From: Candidatus Giovannonibacteria bacterium RIFCSPLOWO2_02_FULL_45_28
GTDB lineage: Bacteria; Patescibacteriota; Minisyncoccia; UBA11713; 2-01-FULL-45-33
DNA length: 64,000 nucleotides
NCBI GenBank assembly: GCA_001780725.1
Contig: MFIM01000001.1
Location: 19,642-83,641 of the forward strand
Direction: 5' to 3'
This document shows, piece by piece, positions 1-8,718 of this stretch (the stretch's first letter is position 1; each line of letters starts with the position of its first letter). The notes below the pieces were generated by a model. That model was not told the DNA's origin and ran no database searches. It saw only the letters and a program-made list of their open reading frames with translations. The position numbers and the translations under genes are program-made.

Positions 1-372
1 GTGGCTGTTGCCGCTATTGCGACGAAAAATTTTAAATCTTGCGGGATGCCGAAAAAATAAGGAATTAATGGCAACGCTCCCGCCGAAACAAAAGCCAAAC
101 CAGTTGCAAGACCATGCCGCGAAGGATTGTCAAGCCGACTTTCGTTAATACCAACATTCAGTTCCGCTTCTTTTGTTGAGCGCAAAGACAAATAATTGGA
201 AAGGCCCATAGAAATTCCGTCGGCGACAAGATTTGCCAACCCCAAAACTATTACTACAAAAGCCGGAAGCCCCGCTCCGGCAGCCCCTGAAATAACCGCG
301 AAAGAAGTGATAATGCCGTCGTTCGCTCCCAAAACCAAATCACCAACGTAGAATCTTTTTTCCTGCATACTT
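1..372 (-). CDS. VIT1/CCC1-family (DUF125) iron/manganese transporter, 5'-complete but truncated at window edge
   Basis: Reverse-strand translation from ATG at ~372 reads MQEKRFYVGDLVLGANDGIITSFAVISGAAGAGLPAFVVIVLGLANLVADGISMGLSNYLS..., typical of the VIT family N-terminus; runs off the window start. Confidence 0.5.
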
Positions 373-395
373 TTTTTTGCTAATATATTAACTAT

Positions 396-911
396 ATGCT
401 TTTTACGACACATTCGCTAGTAGGCGCGGCTTTGGGAAGCGCAACAGGCAATCCATACGCCGGTTTTTTGGGCGGATTTTTGAGCCACCATTTGATGGAC
501 GCCTTGCCGCATTTTGATCAAGGATCTTTCCGCGTCCGAGAAAGGCGCGCGCTTTACCTCGGGGACATTAATTTTGAAGAGAACACTATCGGCACTTTCG
601 GCGCGCGCGACTGGGCGATGCTTTTTATTGATTGGCTCGTGTCTTTAATTTTATTTGCGATTATTTTTATCTCCTCGCCGCCGGAGCAATGGGGCTTAAT
701 TATAATCGGCGCGCTTGGCGGCATATTGCCCGATGTTGTTGATTCTTCGCCGCTTTGGTCAATAAAATTGCGAGAAAAAATCCCGTCCATGAGCAAATAC
801 AACGACTTTCACGGATTTTTTCACTGGACCGTCCCTGCAAAAAAATGGCCGCTCGGCATGCTCACTCAAATCCTCCTCATCGCCGCCTCGCTTTGGTATC
901 TAGTTTTTTAA
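396..911 (+). CDS. membrane-bound metal-dependent hydrolase-like protein (YdjM/DUF457-like)
   Basis: 171 aa, several TM segments, His/Asp-rich N-terminus (HSLVGAALG...HHLMDALPHFDQ). Confidence 0.4.
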   Translation: MLFTTHSLVGAALGSATGNPYAGFLGGFLSHHLMDALPHFDQGSFRVRERRALYLGDINFEENTIGTFGARDWAMLFIDWLVSLILFAIIFISSPPEQWGLIIIGALGGILPDVVDSSPLWSIKLREKIPSMSKYNDFHGFFHWTVPAKKWPLGMLTQILLIAASLWYLVF

Positions 912-1273
912 AATAAACATTCCGACATTCTCAAGAATATCGGAATGTTGTTAAAAGAAAAAGCCGCCTTGCGGCAGCTCGAAAACCAATCGTGTTTATT
1001 CCTTCCTAACCCAATAGATATTGCAATCTTCCTGTAAGACAACACCTAGGCATGGCGCCTTTTCCCACTTACCAGAAGTTGAATCGTAAACATCACCCGC
1101 CTAGATAGTTTCGCCCGCCTGAAGACGTCCGCCAAAAACTACCTGACTTGGATTCATCGGATGGATATGCTGTTCCAACATAATCTTACCTCCTTCGTGT
1201 TTGGTTCTGAAAACATGCCAACATGCCCGTAAATATGTTGCAAGCCATCCAAATTTAAGTAAACTCAAGATGA

Positions 1274-1351
1274 GGCCCTATCGTCTAGCCTGGTCTAGGA
1301 CACCACGCTTTCAATGTGGGAACACGGGTTCGAATCCCGTTGGGGCCACCA
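1274..1351 (+). tRNA. tRNA-Glu (anticodon UUC), CCA encoded
   Basis: GGCCCTATCGTCTAGCCTGGTCTAGGACACCACGCTTTCAATGTGGGAACACGGGTTCGAATCCCGTTGGGGCCACCA; 7-bp acceptor with one G-U; anticodon loop CTTTCAA; T-arm GGGTTCGAATCCC. Confidence 0.85.
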
Positions 1352-2849
1352 AACGAGTTTTTTCATCACGATTTTCAGAATTCCTTTTGTAAACTAAGGG
1401 AATTTCTGCGGTTTGAAACTTTGGGTAAGTATAGACCACGTTCTGCGGAAACAATATGTTTCTCAAAACCCGCAAATCAGCGACCCCCAAATCTTTCCAT
1501 GAGGTGGGCAGGGTTTTAAGGATGTTGAAAGCAAATTCAACGGCGTTTGTTATATTGATATCTTGAAATTCTGGGTTTGTTTGCTCTAGTTCTAGATTTG
1601 TAATTTGGCTTTTTATTTTTTCTTTTTCTGTAAAAAACTCATCATCAGTAAGCAAGTCTTTCACTTTCAAATTTAACAATCTTTCTTGATACATTTTTAA
1701 TTCAACAATCCTTTTTTCTATCTGTTTGTCATTTTTGATTAAATTTTCAGCCTCTTGATTGAAAGCAAATACAATAGCTTTTTCTAAAGCATCAAATTCA
1801 TCTTCATTAGGAGTTAGCTCTGACAAAAATTCTGTAAATTCTTTTTCAAATTGAATTTTATCTAACACTTTCCTTTTAGAACATTCTTTTTTAAAACAAC
1901 CATAATACTGATAATATTTATGCCTTCCTTTGGTTCTGCCACCGCTTATACTTCCTCCGCACTCACACCTGACCCCCCTTAGGGGGAAGTCGGGGTGATC
2001 TCTATTTCTAGGCATTTTTTTAGATTTGCCAGTCAAAACATCCTGTGCTTTTTGGAACAATGCTTCTGAAATCAATGGCTCGTGGTTGCCTTTTGTAGAA
2101 ACTCCCCACTCCGGCATTTCTATCCGGCCATAATAAATATGGTTTCTAAGAATCTCTCTAACCCTCTGCGGATAGATGTATTTATTATGTTTAGTTTTTA
2201 GGCTCTTAATTTTTTTCGTTAATTCACGAATACTGTATTTCCCAGTTGCATATTCTTCAAAAAGTTTTCTTATGAGCTCTGATTTCTCTGGATGAGGGAT
2301 GATGCTTTTCTTAACCCCCGCCTTATCCTTAATATTCATGTAACCAAGCGGAGCTCCCCATGCCCAATATCCGTTTTCCAAACGAGTTTTCATGCCCCCA
2401 GTAGTTCTTTCTGCGCGAACATTGTTGTCAAATTCAGCCATTCCAGAAAAAATCGCTTCCATTAATTTGCCAACAGGATCATCTGTTATGTTTTCTGTGG
2501 CGGATTGTATAGTAACGCCGTACCTTAAAAAGACTGCTTTTAATGTATAGTAAACTCCTGTGTTTCGGGAAAGTCTATCCACTTTATAAACTATTAGCTT
2601 TCCGATTTTGCCTTGCTTTACTCTACAACAATCTATCATTTTTCTTAATTCAGTACGATTTGCGGTTTTAGCAGATTCTCCCTCTTCTCTAAATATCTTT
2701 AAAACTTGGAGCTGGCTTTTATCAGCAAAAGCCTTACAAATTTTTTCTTGGCTTTCTAAACTAAAACCCTCAACCTGCTCTTTTGAGGAAACCCTGGTGT
2801 AAATAATACATGTTGGGATTTTGTTTTTAATATTTTTGTATCTTTTCAT
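1311..2849 (-). CDS. large serine recombinase (integrase) with resolvase catalytic domain, recombinase domain and C-terminal zinc ribbon
   Basis: N-terminus IIYTRVSSKEQ...KVDRLSRN (catalytic Ser motif); CECGGSISGG...YYQYYGC zinc ribbon; 512 aa. The last ~13 codons of the ORF overlap the tRNA-Glu 3' end, so the true stop is probably earlier or the overlap is a read-through artefact. Confidence 0.85.
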   Translation of the reverse strand: MKRYKNIKNKIPTCIIYTRVSSKEQVEGFSLESQEKICKAFADKSQLQVLKIFREEGESAKTANRTELRKMIDCCRVKQGKIGKLIVYKVDRLSRNTGVYYTLKAVFLRYGVTIQSATENITDDPVGKLMEAIFSGMAEFDNNVRAERTTGGMKTRLENGYWAWGAPLGYMNIKDKAGVKKSIIPHPEKSELIRKLFEEYATGKYSIRELTKKIKSLKTKHNKYIYPQRVREILRNHIYYGRIEMPEWGVSTKGNHEPLISEALFQKAQDVLTGKSKKMPRNRDHPDFPLRGVRCECGGSISGGRTKGRHKYYQYYGCFKKECSKRKVLDKIQFEKEFTEFLSELTPNEDEFDALEKAIVFAFNQEAENLIKNDKQIEKRIVELKMYQERLLNLKVKDLLTDDEFFTEKEKIKSQITNLELEQTNPEFQDINITNAVEFAFNILKTLPTSWKDLGVADLRVLRNILFPQNVVYTYPKFQTAEIPLVYKRNSENRDEKTRLVAPTGFEPVFPH

Positions 2850-2975
2850 TTGATTAAACTAATTAAACCTCTTAATCTGATAATCGCAAAATAAGAGTTT
2901 GGCTCTTAAAACGCGGATGTTGTTTTAAATGGTGTAAAACCACACTCAACCCTGCGGGGGCGGGGGAACGGCGCT

Positions 2976-3161
2976 TTAATCTTCATTTTCTTGGTCTAAT
3001 GTGCTTTCTAAGCGTTTAGAGTGTTGTTTTAAAAAGAGCCGAACCAAAAAGCTGGCGAGTTCAGCGAGTCGTTTGGCTTTTCGGTCTATTTCCTCATCTG
3101 TCCAGCTAGAATGCTGGGCTTTGAGGATTTTAAATAATTTTGGAGAATAGTCCTCTTGCAT
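2976..3161 (-). CDS. small hypothetical protein adjacent to recombinase (possible directionality factor)
   Basis: 61-aa ORF, charged and helical; no recognisable motifs. Confidence 0.15.
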   Translation of the reverse strand: MQEDYSPKLFKILKAQHSSWTDEEIDRKAKRLAELASFLVRLFLKQHSKRLESTLDQENED

Positions 3162-3658
3162 GAGCTTGGAGCCCGTGCTTTAAGCGCAAGTTTTTTCAAC
3201 AAAAAAAAGCTAACGCCACAAAAGCAATCAGGCGATTAAATTATTAATCGCATAATTACTTTTAGGCATTAGCTAGGCATTGCCTTTTGTGCCCATACAG
3301 CACCATTGCTTCTGGCTCTTTCTAAGCAATCCGGAAACTATACATTATGGGTCACCCAATGCGGAGAACTCGCTGAGTATTACCTCTTTACAAAAAGTAT
3401 TCATATGCAACTGGCCAAGGTTCAACTGTTGATATACTAGCACTATTTGTTCCCAAACACAAGCCGCCCTTATCCACAGAGAAAAAGAGTTGGGGCAAAA
3501 CTTTGTTTAAAAACAATAAAACATAAAAACTGGGGTAAAACCCATGAACCTAAAAAGTTGATTAAAATCAAAACAAGCCACAATTTTTCTTAATATCAAG
3601 ATTGATTCAATCAATTAATCAAAACTAGTTAAAAAACCAATAAACCAAACAAGGGGTT

Positions 3659-3686
3659 TGATTTTTTAACAAACTAAGGTATAATC
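3659..3686 (+). promoter_or_regulatory. sigma70-like promoter (TTGATT - 16/17 nt - TATAAT)
   Basis: ggggTTGATTttttaacaaactaaggTATAATcatg directly upstream of the structured leader. Confidence 0.4.
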
Positions 3687-3692
3687 ATGATA

Positions 3693-3888
3693 TAAAATCA
3701 TTAGAAGAGGTCTAAACACTGCTCGAAACGGTGCATGGCTCAAAAACCTGTGGCGGATACCAAACCCATCGTTTGGGAGCACCGTCACAGGTCATAGCTC
3801 GAAAGAGCTGTGGGTAGCGCAAGCTATCGCCCAGCGGTGGGTTTTGTGTTACCGAATTTTATCAGTAATTTATAAAACACAATTTTTT
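3693..3888 (+). ncRNA. structured leader or small RNA with GNRA tetraloops and a predicted pseudoknot (riboswitch-like; class not identified)
   Basis: Hairpins AGCUC-GAAA-GAGCU, UAGC-GCAA-GCUA, CCAAAC-CCAUC-GUUUGG, CCCA-GCGG-UGGG; helix CCUGUG/CACAGG enclosing GCACCGU that pairs with upstream ACGGUGC (pseudoknot); lies between the promoter and ATG 3889. Confidence 0.3.
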
Positions 3889-4260
3889 ATGGGCGCCAAC
3901 AAATCAGTCGGTAAAAATAAAACATATATTATTGGGGTGGCGGTAGCACTAATAATAGTCATTCTTGTTGGTTTTTGGTTTTTTTCTAATAGGCGAGAAA
4001 CATACAAGGGGGTTTATTACCCTGTGGGCAGCATATTTGGCAAACAAGAATATGTTTTTAGCCCGGAATTTGAAATTTTAGCAAATTGTTTCGCGTGGGC
4101 ATTGAGCATAAACAAAAAGAGGGTAGAACAAAATTTAACATCAAACATCGGTTTCCGTGATAAGGCAGATTGCGGACTAAATTGCAATTTTGAAAAAGTA
4201 TCGATGTCTTCAGAAGGGGCATCAAAAGCTTGCGACGAAACTTACGAAGTGCCACTTTAG
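3889..4260 (+). CDS. small membrane protein (N-terminal TM helix), hypothetical
   Basis: ATG at 3889 chosen within ORF 3844-4260; MGANKSVGKNKTYIIGVAVALIIVILVGFWFF. Confidence 0.35.
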   Translation: MGANKSVGKNKTYIIGVAVALIIVILVGFWFFSNRRETYKGVYYPVGSIFGKQEYVFSPEFEILANCFAWALSINKKRVEQNLTSNIGFRDKADCGLNCNFEKVSMSSEGASKACDETYEVPL

Positions 4261-4309
4261 AGTGCTACGCTTGAAAATTTCTCTGAAATGTGCGATTCTA
4301 GATTTAATT

Positions 4310-4882
4310 ATGAAAGAATTAGATGATATTTTGCAGAAATTAGCAGCCATGTTGGCTTCTATAAAAAGACTGCTTCCTGATAAGAAAACATTTTATCTCA
4401 TTTTGCTGGCACTATTTGGATCCTTTTATGTACCATGGTACATGGCCAATTTAGAAAGTAGAAATACTTTTGTACAAAATTTTTCAGTACTTGGGCAAAC
4501 TAGAATTTATCTTTCGGAAAGGCTCCATTTTAATATTATAGGCAAACAAGATCCAAAAGTTATTTCTGATTCATTGGAAGATTATAGAAAATCGGTCAAT
4601 GTATGGAATTACGAAAATCTATCAAACCCGATATTTATAGAATATTATTATGACCATGATATGAGATTGAAATTCGAAAATGAATTACTGCCAGAACTAA
4701 CAAGTTTGAACGATTCATTATATGAACTAAGAAAAAGTGGTACAACCACCGAAAACATCCCTGAAAAGATTCGTAAAATTAAGGACGTATTTTATAATCT
4801 CAATGATCAAATGATAAAATGTGCCACTTTTTATAAATTGTTATTTAGACACTGTAACAAGCCGTCTCAAAAGGGGTTTTAG
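4310..4882 (+). CDS. hypothetical protein (one TM segment), AT-rich island
   Basis: Internal ATG of ORF 4190-4882 chosen (MKELDDILQKL...); strongly AT-rich codon usage. Confidence 0.3.
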   Translation: MKELDDILQKLAAMLASIKRLLPDKKTFYLILLALFGSFYVPWYMANLESRNTFVQNFSVLGQTRIYLSERLHFNIIGKQDPKVISDSLEDYRKSVNVWNYENLSNPIFIEYYYDHDMRLKFENELLPELTSLNDSLYELRKSGTTTENIPEKIRKIKDVFYNLNDQMIKCATFYKLLFRHCNKPSQKGF

Positions 4883-4909
4883 CTTCAGAAAATTATAACC
4901 AACACCAAC

Positions 4910-5368
4910 ATGAGATCGAATAACGAAATTCAAAAAAATTCAGACAACTTATATATAGCTTTAATTAAATACGGCAAAGAAAAACTAACAGAGGGAGTTA
5001 ATTATAAAGAGGCGCAAGAACACCTTACAAAAATAGGATTTGATTTCAAAAACCCTCAAATAAGCCACTTATTCCGAGACGCATTTCTACATATTTTTGG
5101 AACAGAGCAGGAAAAAGTTAATGGATTTTACCCTGGCGTAGAACACAAAAAGTTTCTTGGCGTAGAGGCCTATTTTAATCTTCTTGACCACGAAGAGCTT
5201 CAGCACGCTCGCCAATCCTCTGCTGAAGCTAAAAAGTTGGCAATAACAGCTATTTGGATATCAGCTGGTTTGGCGTTTTTTTCAATATTGCTTTCAATAA
5301 TTCAAATTTGGCATACATCGGAAATTGAAATTACAGAGACACAATTTAACCAGCTCAAATTAAAATAA
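4910..5368 (+). CDS. hypothetical protein with C-terminal TM helix
   Basis: 152-aa ORF; C-terminal hydrophobic stretch ITAIWISAGLAFFSILLSIIQIW. Confidence 0.35.
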   Translation: MRSNNEIQKNSDNLYIALIKYGKEKLTEGVNYKEAQEHLTKIGFDFKNPQISHLFRDAFLHIFGTEQEKVNGFYPGVEHKKFLGVEAYFNLLDHEELQHARQSSAEAKKLAITAIWISAGLAFFSILLSIIQIWHTSEIEITETQFNQLKLK

Positions 5369-5369
5369 C

Positions 5370-5768
5370 ATGGTAGTTAGATATCCAGAAAAAGCAATAG
5401 AATTTTCTCCGAGCAGAACAGAAAAACAAGCGATAGAAATTGTTATGGAGTATGAAAGGAAAAATGGCAGAAAACCCGAAGAAGTCAGCAACAAAAAATG
5501 CGGTTACGACATTAAATCGGGGGACAGATTTATAGAGGTCAAGGGGCAAAAAGCCAAACAGCCCGATGTTATAGGACTCTACAAAACAACACTAAGCAAA
5601 CTCGGAGATAATATTTTACATTATTTCATTTATCTGGTTTATGATATTAAAAGTAATCCAAAGCTAAAAATACTACCGCCTGAAAAAATATTTGGAAATA
5701 TTGAAATGGAACAGCAATTTATTATACGAGGGAAGATTTTTAAAAACATACCAATAGAACAGAGCTAG
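5370..5768 (+). CDS. small PD-(D/E)xK nuclease-fold protein (DUF3883-like)
   Basis: GYDIKSGDRFIEVKG fits a D...(D/E)xK motif; 132 aa. Confidence 0.35.
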   Translation: MVVRYPEKAIEFSPSRTEKQAIEIVMEYERKNGRKPEEVSNKKCGYDIKSGDRFIEVKGQKAKQPDVIGLYKTTLSKLGDNILHYFIYLVYDIKSNPKLKILPPEKIFGNIEMEQQFIIRGKIFKNIPIEQS

Positions 5769-5842
5769 CCTGCGCCAGCAAGTATAAATATAGTATTTGA
5801 ATAACCTTAGGGGATATTGATTACGCTTGAATTTGAGCTGTT

Positions 5843-5939
5843 TTGCCTATTTTTATCCCATTCGTTAAGCTTAACTACAAGGTCAATTATTGGTTTTGAA
5901 TCCCGACCTGTTAGCTCCAAAAGTGAATTAACTAAAAAA
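5843..5939. repeat. left copy of ~90-bp direct repeat bracketing the R-M cassette
   Basis: ttgcctatttttatcccattcgttaagcttaactacaaggtcaattattggttttgaatcccgacctgttagctccaaaag... recurs at 8019-8106 with 3-4 mismatches. Confidence 0.85.
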
Positions 5940-6048
5940 ATTTGCCCAAAGCAAAAGGTGTTTCTGTGACACTTTTTTCATATTGCATCATGCTAACTAT
6001 AGTATGTAGAACCAAAGTTAGCAAGTACATATACTACAGTTATCAACC

Positions 6049-6264
6049 ATGAAACGTGAAATTTTAAATAAATTTGGTAATAAAGTCCGCGAGGAGCGGG
6101 CTAAATTAGGTTTATCACAGGAAGAATTGGCCGTACGCGCTGGAGTTCACCGAACTTATATAGGCATGATAGAACGAGCAGAAAAGAACATAACGCTTGA
6201 GAATATTCAGAAAATCTGTAAAGCACTGAACTTAAAAATTGGAGAATTTTTTGTTGATTTCTAA
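6049..6264 (+). CDS. controller (C) protein of an R-M system, XRE-family HTH
   Basis: 71 aa; LSQEELAVRAGVHRTYIGMIERAEKNITL is an HTH_XRE signature; sits immediately upstream of the putative REase; partial palindromic operator ACTATAGTATGTA ... TACATATACTACAGT upstream. Confidence 0.7.
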   Translation: MKREILNKFGNKVREERAKLGLSQEELAVRAGVHRTYIGMIERAEKNITLENIQKICKALNLKIGEFFVDF

Positions 6265-6269
6265 AAACC

Positions 6270-7076
6270 ATGTCAAAAAGCTGGAAAGAAAAAGTTAAAG
6301 AGTACTGCGAAAAATACAGCATCCCTGTTTTGTATTTGGCAGAAACTTTATACGAGCCAAAAGTTGTACCAATGATTAGGGGTAAGGCTTTTGAATTTTC
6401 TGTAATGATAGCCCTACAAGAAATTTTGTCCAAAGATGAGTGGTTAGTTGATAAGCCGATGATGAATGCACAGATTGGCTTTCACGATATTGATGTGCGC
6501 GTACTTCACAAACCAACAAACAAAATTGTTAGGGTCGAGTGTAAACTTGCCAAAAAAGGTGGGTATAGATTATTTGCTGATGGACATAGTGAAATAAGAG
6601 TTAAATGTATGCGAAGTCGCACATTGGGTCCAGCGAAAGTAAAAGAATTAGCTCCAAAATTTGGTGTCACAGAAAAAGTTTTGGCGATTCACAATGACCA
6701 ATATCTACCAGCAGATTTCGATATAGTCATCTCATCAATCGGCAATGCATTTTATACAACCGATAAAAAGACTGGTCTTTTTGAGTGGAAACCGCCACAA
6801 AAAGGGGAAGAATTTTTACAGAAAATTGGAGCCTCCGAGAAAGAGGGTTCTAAGGACTTTGCTTTCAGGACACTATTTGTTGCAAGAACCTCCGATCTTC
6901 AAATTGGCAACAATGGCGTCACTTGTACTCGTGCGAAATGTAAAAACAAAAAAGCCTGTGGTTTTATTCCCAACTATCCGGTGATCAATTTCGATAAAAA
7001 GATCAACTCTCCAAAGAATGGCTGGGTCTCGATTGAGAAATCTCTAGATCTATTTAAAAATTTTGTGCGTAAATGA
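6270..7076 (+). CDS. putative Type II restriction endonuclease
   Basis: 268 aa in C-R / convergent-M arrangement; candidate PD-(D/E)xK signature HDIDVRV...VRVECKLAKK. Confidence 0.45.
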   Translation: MSKSWKEKVKEYCEKYSIPVLYLAETLYEPKVVPMIRGKAFEFSVMIALQEILSKDEWLVDKPMMNAQIGFHDIDVRVLHKPTNKIVRVECKLAKKGGYRLFADGHSEIRVKCMRSRTLGPAKVKELAPKFGVTEKVLAIHNDQYLPADFDIVISSIGNAFYTTDKKTGLFEWKPPQKGEEFLQKIGASEKEGSKDFAFRTLFVARTSDLQIGNNGVTCTRAKCKNKKACGFIPNYPVINFDKKINSPKNGWVSIEKSLDLFKNFVRK

Positions 7077-7922
7077 TTGTGTTCGGAAAAGAGGAATCTG
7101 TTTTTCGGAATTATAGTTTACAATAAAAAGCTCGTGACCCTTATAACGAGTGCCTTTTGTGTCTGTGCCATTCTTCTGATCATCCGTACGATTTATTGTA
7201 TAATTCCATTCTTTTTCGTGCATTGCATGCACCCACTCATATAATTCTCTCACTTCCGGACTATCATCATAAGTGAGTAAAAATTTGAATCTATTTTTGT
7301 GTTTTTTGAGAATTTTGCTCAAGCGAAAATGATCATCTTGTGCGAAAGAATGGACATAAAACTTTTCCTGATCCGCATTAAAATACGGTGGGTCTATGAA
7401 CAGAAAAGAGTTGTCGGGAGCTTCTTCTATAACCCTTTCGAAGTCAAAAGAGGTTAATTTTACTTCCTGCAGTTTGACCGATGTTCTCAAGATATTTCTA
7501 GGCCAATTTTCGGGTCTCATGCTATATTTTTCTCCGTATCCCCAATAACAATTCTGCATGTTCATAATTCCAGAATAGGAAGTGCGATTTATATAAAACC
7601 ATCTGATGGCGCAATCCAGTTTGGTTTTAGGTTTATATTCATTCTTGTAATACCCGTGCCTTTCTTTTGTAGCCCGCTCATCCTTCAACCTTTTAATCAT
7701 CTGATCCGGATGGTCACGAATAATCGCTAGACAATTTATAAGATCTTTATCAATATCATTGAGCCAATTTTTACTTGCTTTATCCTTAGCAAAGAAGACA
7801 GAAGCACCGCCAGCGAATGGCTCAATGTAGTAAGTGTGCTGGGGAATATGTTCGTTTATGAGTTTGCGAGCATAAAATTTTCCTCCAGCGTATCGAAATG
7901 GTGAATTGATTTCTTGATTCAT
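7050..7922 (-). CDS. Dam-family (alpha class) N6-adenine DNA methyltransferase
   Basis: Motif I FAGGASVFF near N-terminus and motif IV DPPY (FIDPPYFNADQEKFY) near C-terminus; 290 aa. Confidence 0.85.
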   Translation of the reverse strand: MNQEINSPFRYAGGKFYARKLINEHIPQHTYYIEPFAGGASVFFAKDKASKNWLNDIDKDLINCLAIIRDHPDQMIKRLKDERATKERHGYYKNEYKPKTKLDCAIRWFYINRTSYSGIMNMQNCYWGYGEKYSMRPENWPRNILRTSVKLQEVKLTSFDFERVIEEAPDNSFLFIDPPYFNADQEKFYVHSFAQDDHFRLSKILKKHKNRFKFLLTYDDSPEVRELYEWVHAMHEKEWNYTINRTDDQKNGTDTKGTRYKGHELFIVNYNSEKQIPLFRTQSFTHKIFK

Positions 7923-8018
7923 ACTATTTTGCTAACTTTAGTATACTGGATTATGGAATTTAAACAATACATAAATAATAACATTTTTAATCTAAAATAG
8001 GCGACGAGATTGTAAAAT

Positions 8019-8106
8019 TTGCCTATTTTTGTCCCATTCGTTAAGCTTAACTACAAAGTCAATTATTGGTTTTGAATCCCGACCTGTTAGCTCCAAAAAT
8101 GAATTT
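8019..8106. repeat. right copy of ~90-bp direct repeat bracketing the R-M cassette
   Basis: Near-identical to 5843-5939. Confidence 0.85.
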
Positions 8107-8718
8107 GCCAAATATAGATTTTAAGGTTTTTTCAGGAGCTAAAAAAGCAGCCTACAAACCCAACGAGAAGATCTTGAGGAAAGAGTGAATAACATCGAAG
8201 CTCGCCTTGGATCGAATAAGTAGCTCCGCTTGAAAATTTTGTAGTGAGCTGCCAATTCAGCAAATAGCAAAAAATTCTCCAAAAACTGCACCAAAACGTC
8301 TTACGGGGATATTATTTCCGTCCCTTGCGGGTAAGTCACCATTAAGGTGCAGATGGTAAGATGGTAGATCCGAGGCTCATGATTTGCCATACAGATTGCC
8401 ATTAGCAATCTCGTAGAGGACAACGCCAGAGCAAAAAACCCTTCACTACTACTTAATATAATCTTACCATTTTAATAAAACGCGTTTGATGCAGTTTTCG
8501 GAGAACTTATATTTTAATATTATTGATAACACAATTTATTGTCAAACACCTTTGTGGATAAGTAAAGAAATGAGATTATTTGGAAAACGGTTTAAAAACA
8601 TTCTTGTAATTTAGTGCAAAAAATGAGAATCTTTAATCAATTAAAGGATTTTAAACAACGCAAGAAATAAACGGCGTATTAAAAGAATTAGTTGGTCGGT
8701 AATTAAAATTTTTCCATC

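Noticed and set aside
1201-1392. 63-aa and 67-aa ORFs (1201-1392, 1316-1519) overlapping the tRNA-Glu region
   Set aside because: The sequence forms a canonical tRNA cloverleaf; the ORFs are artefacts of translating a tRNA gene and the recombinase antisense strand.
5843-5939. Possibility that the ~90-bp R-M-flanking repeat is a tRNA 3' fragment (contains GGTTTTGAATCCCGACC...GCTCCA)
   Set aside because: No complementary T-stem can be drawn and the loop is 8 nt with TTTTGAAT instead of TTCGAAT; no 5' acceptor partner. Resemblance judged superficial and kept only as a direct repeat.
8109-8718. 600-bp intergenic region upstream of tsaD as an ncRNA gene
   Set aside because: It contains a few hairpins (CACC-AUUAA-GGUG, GAUUGC-CAUUA-GCAAUC) and one DnaA box but no recognisable conserved RNA motif or promoter/terminator pair; insufficient evidence to call a feature.
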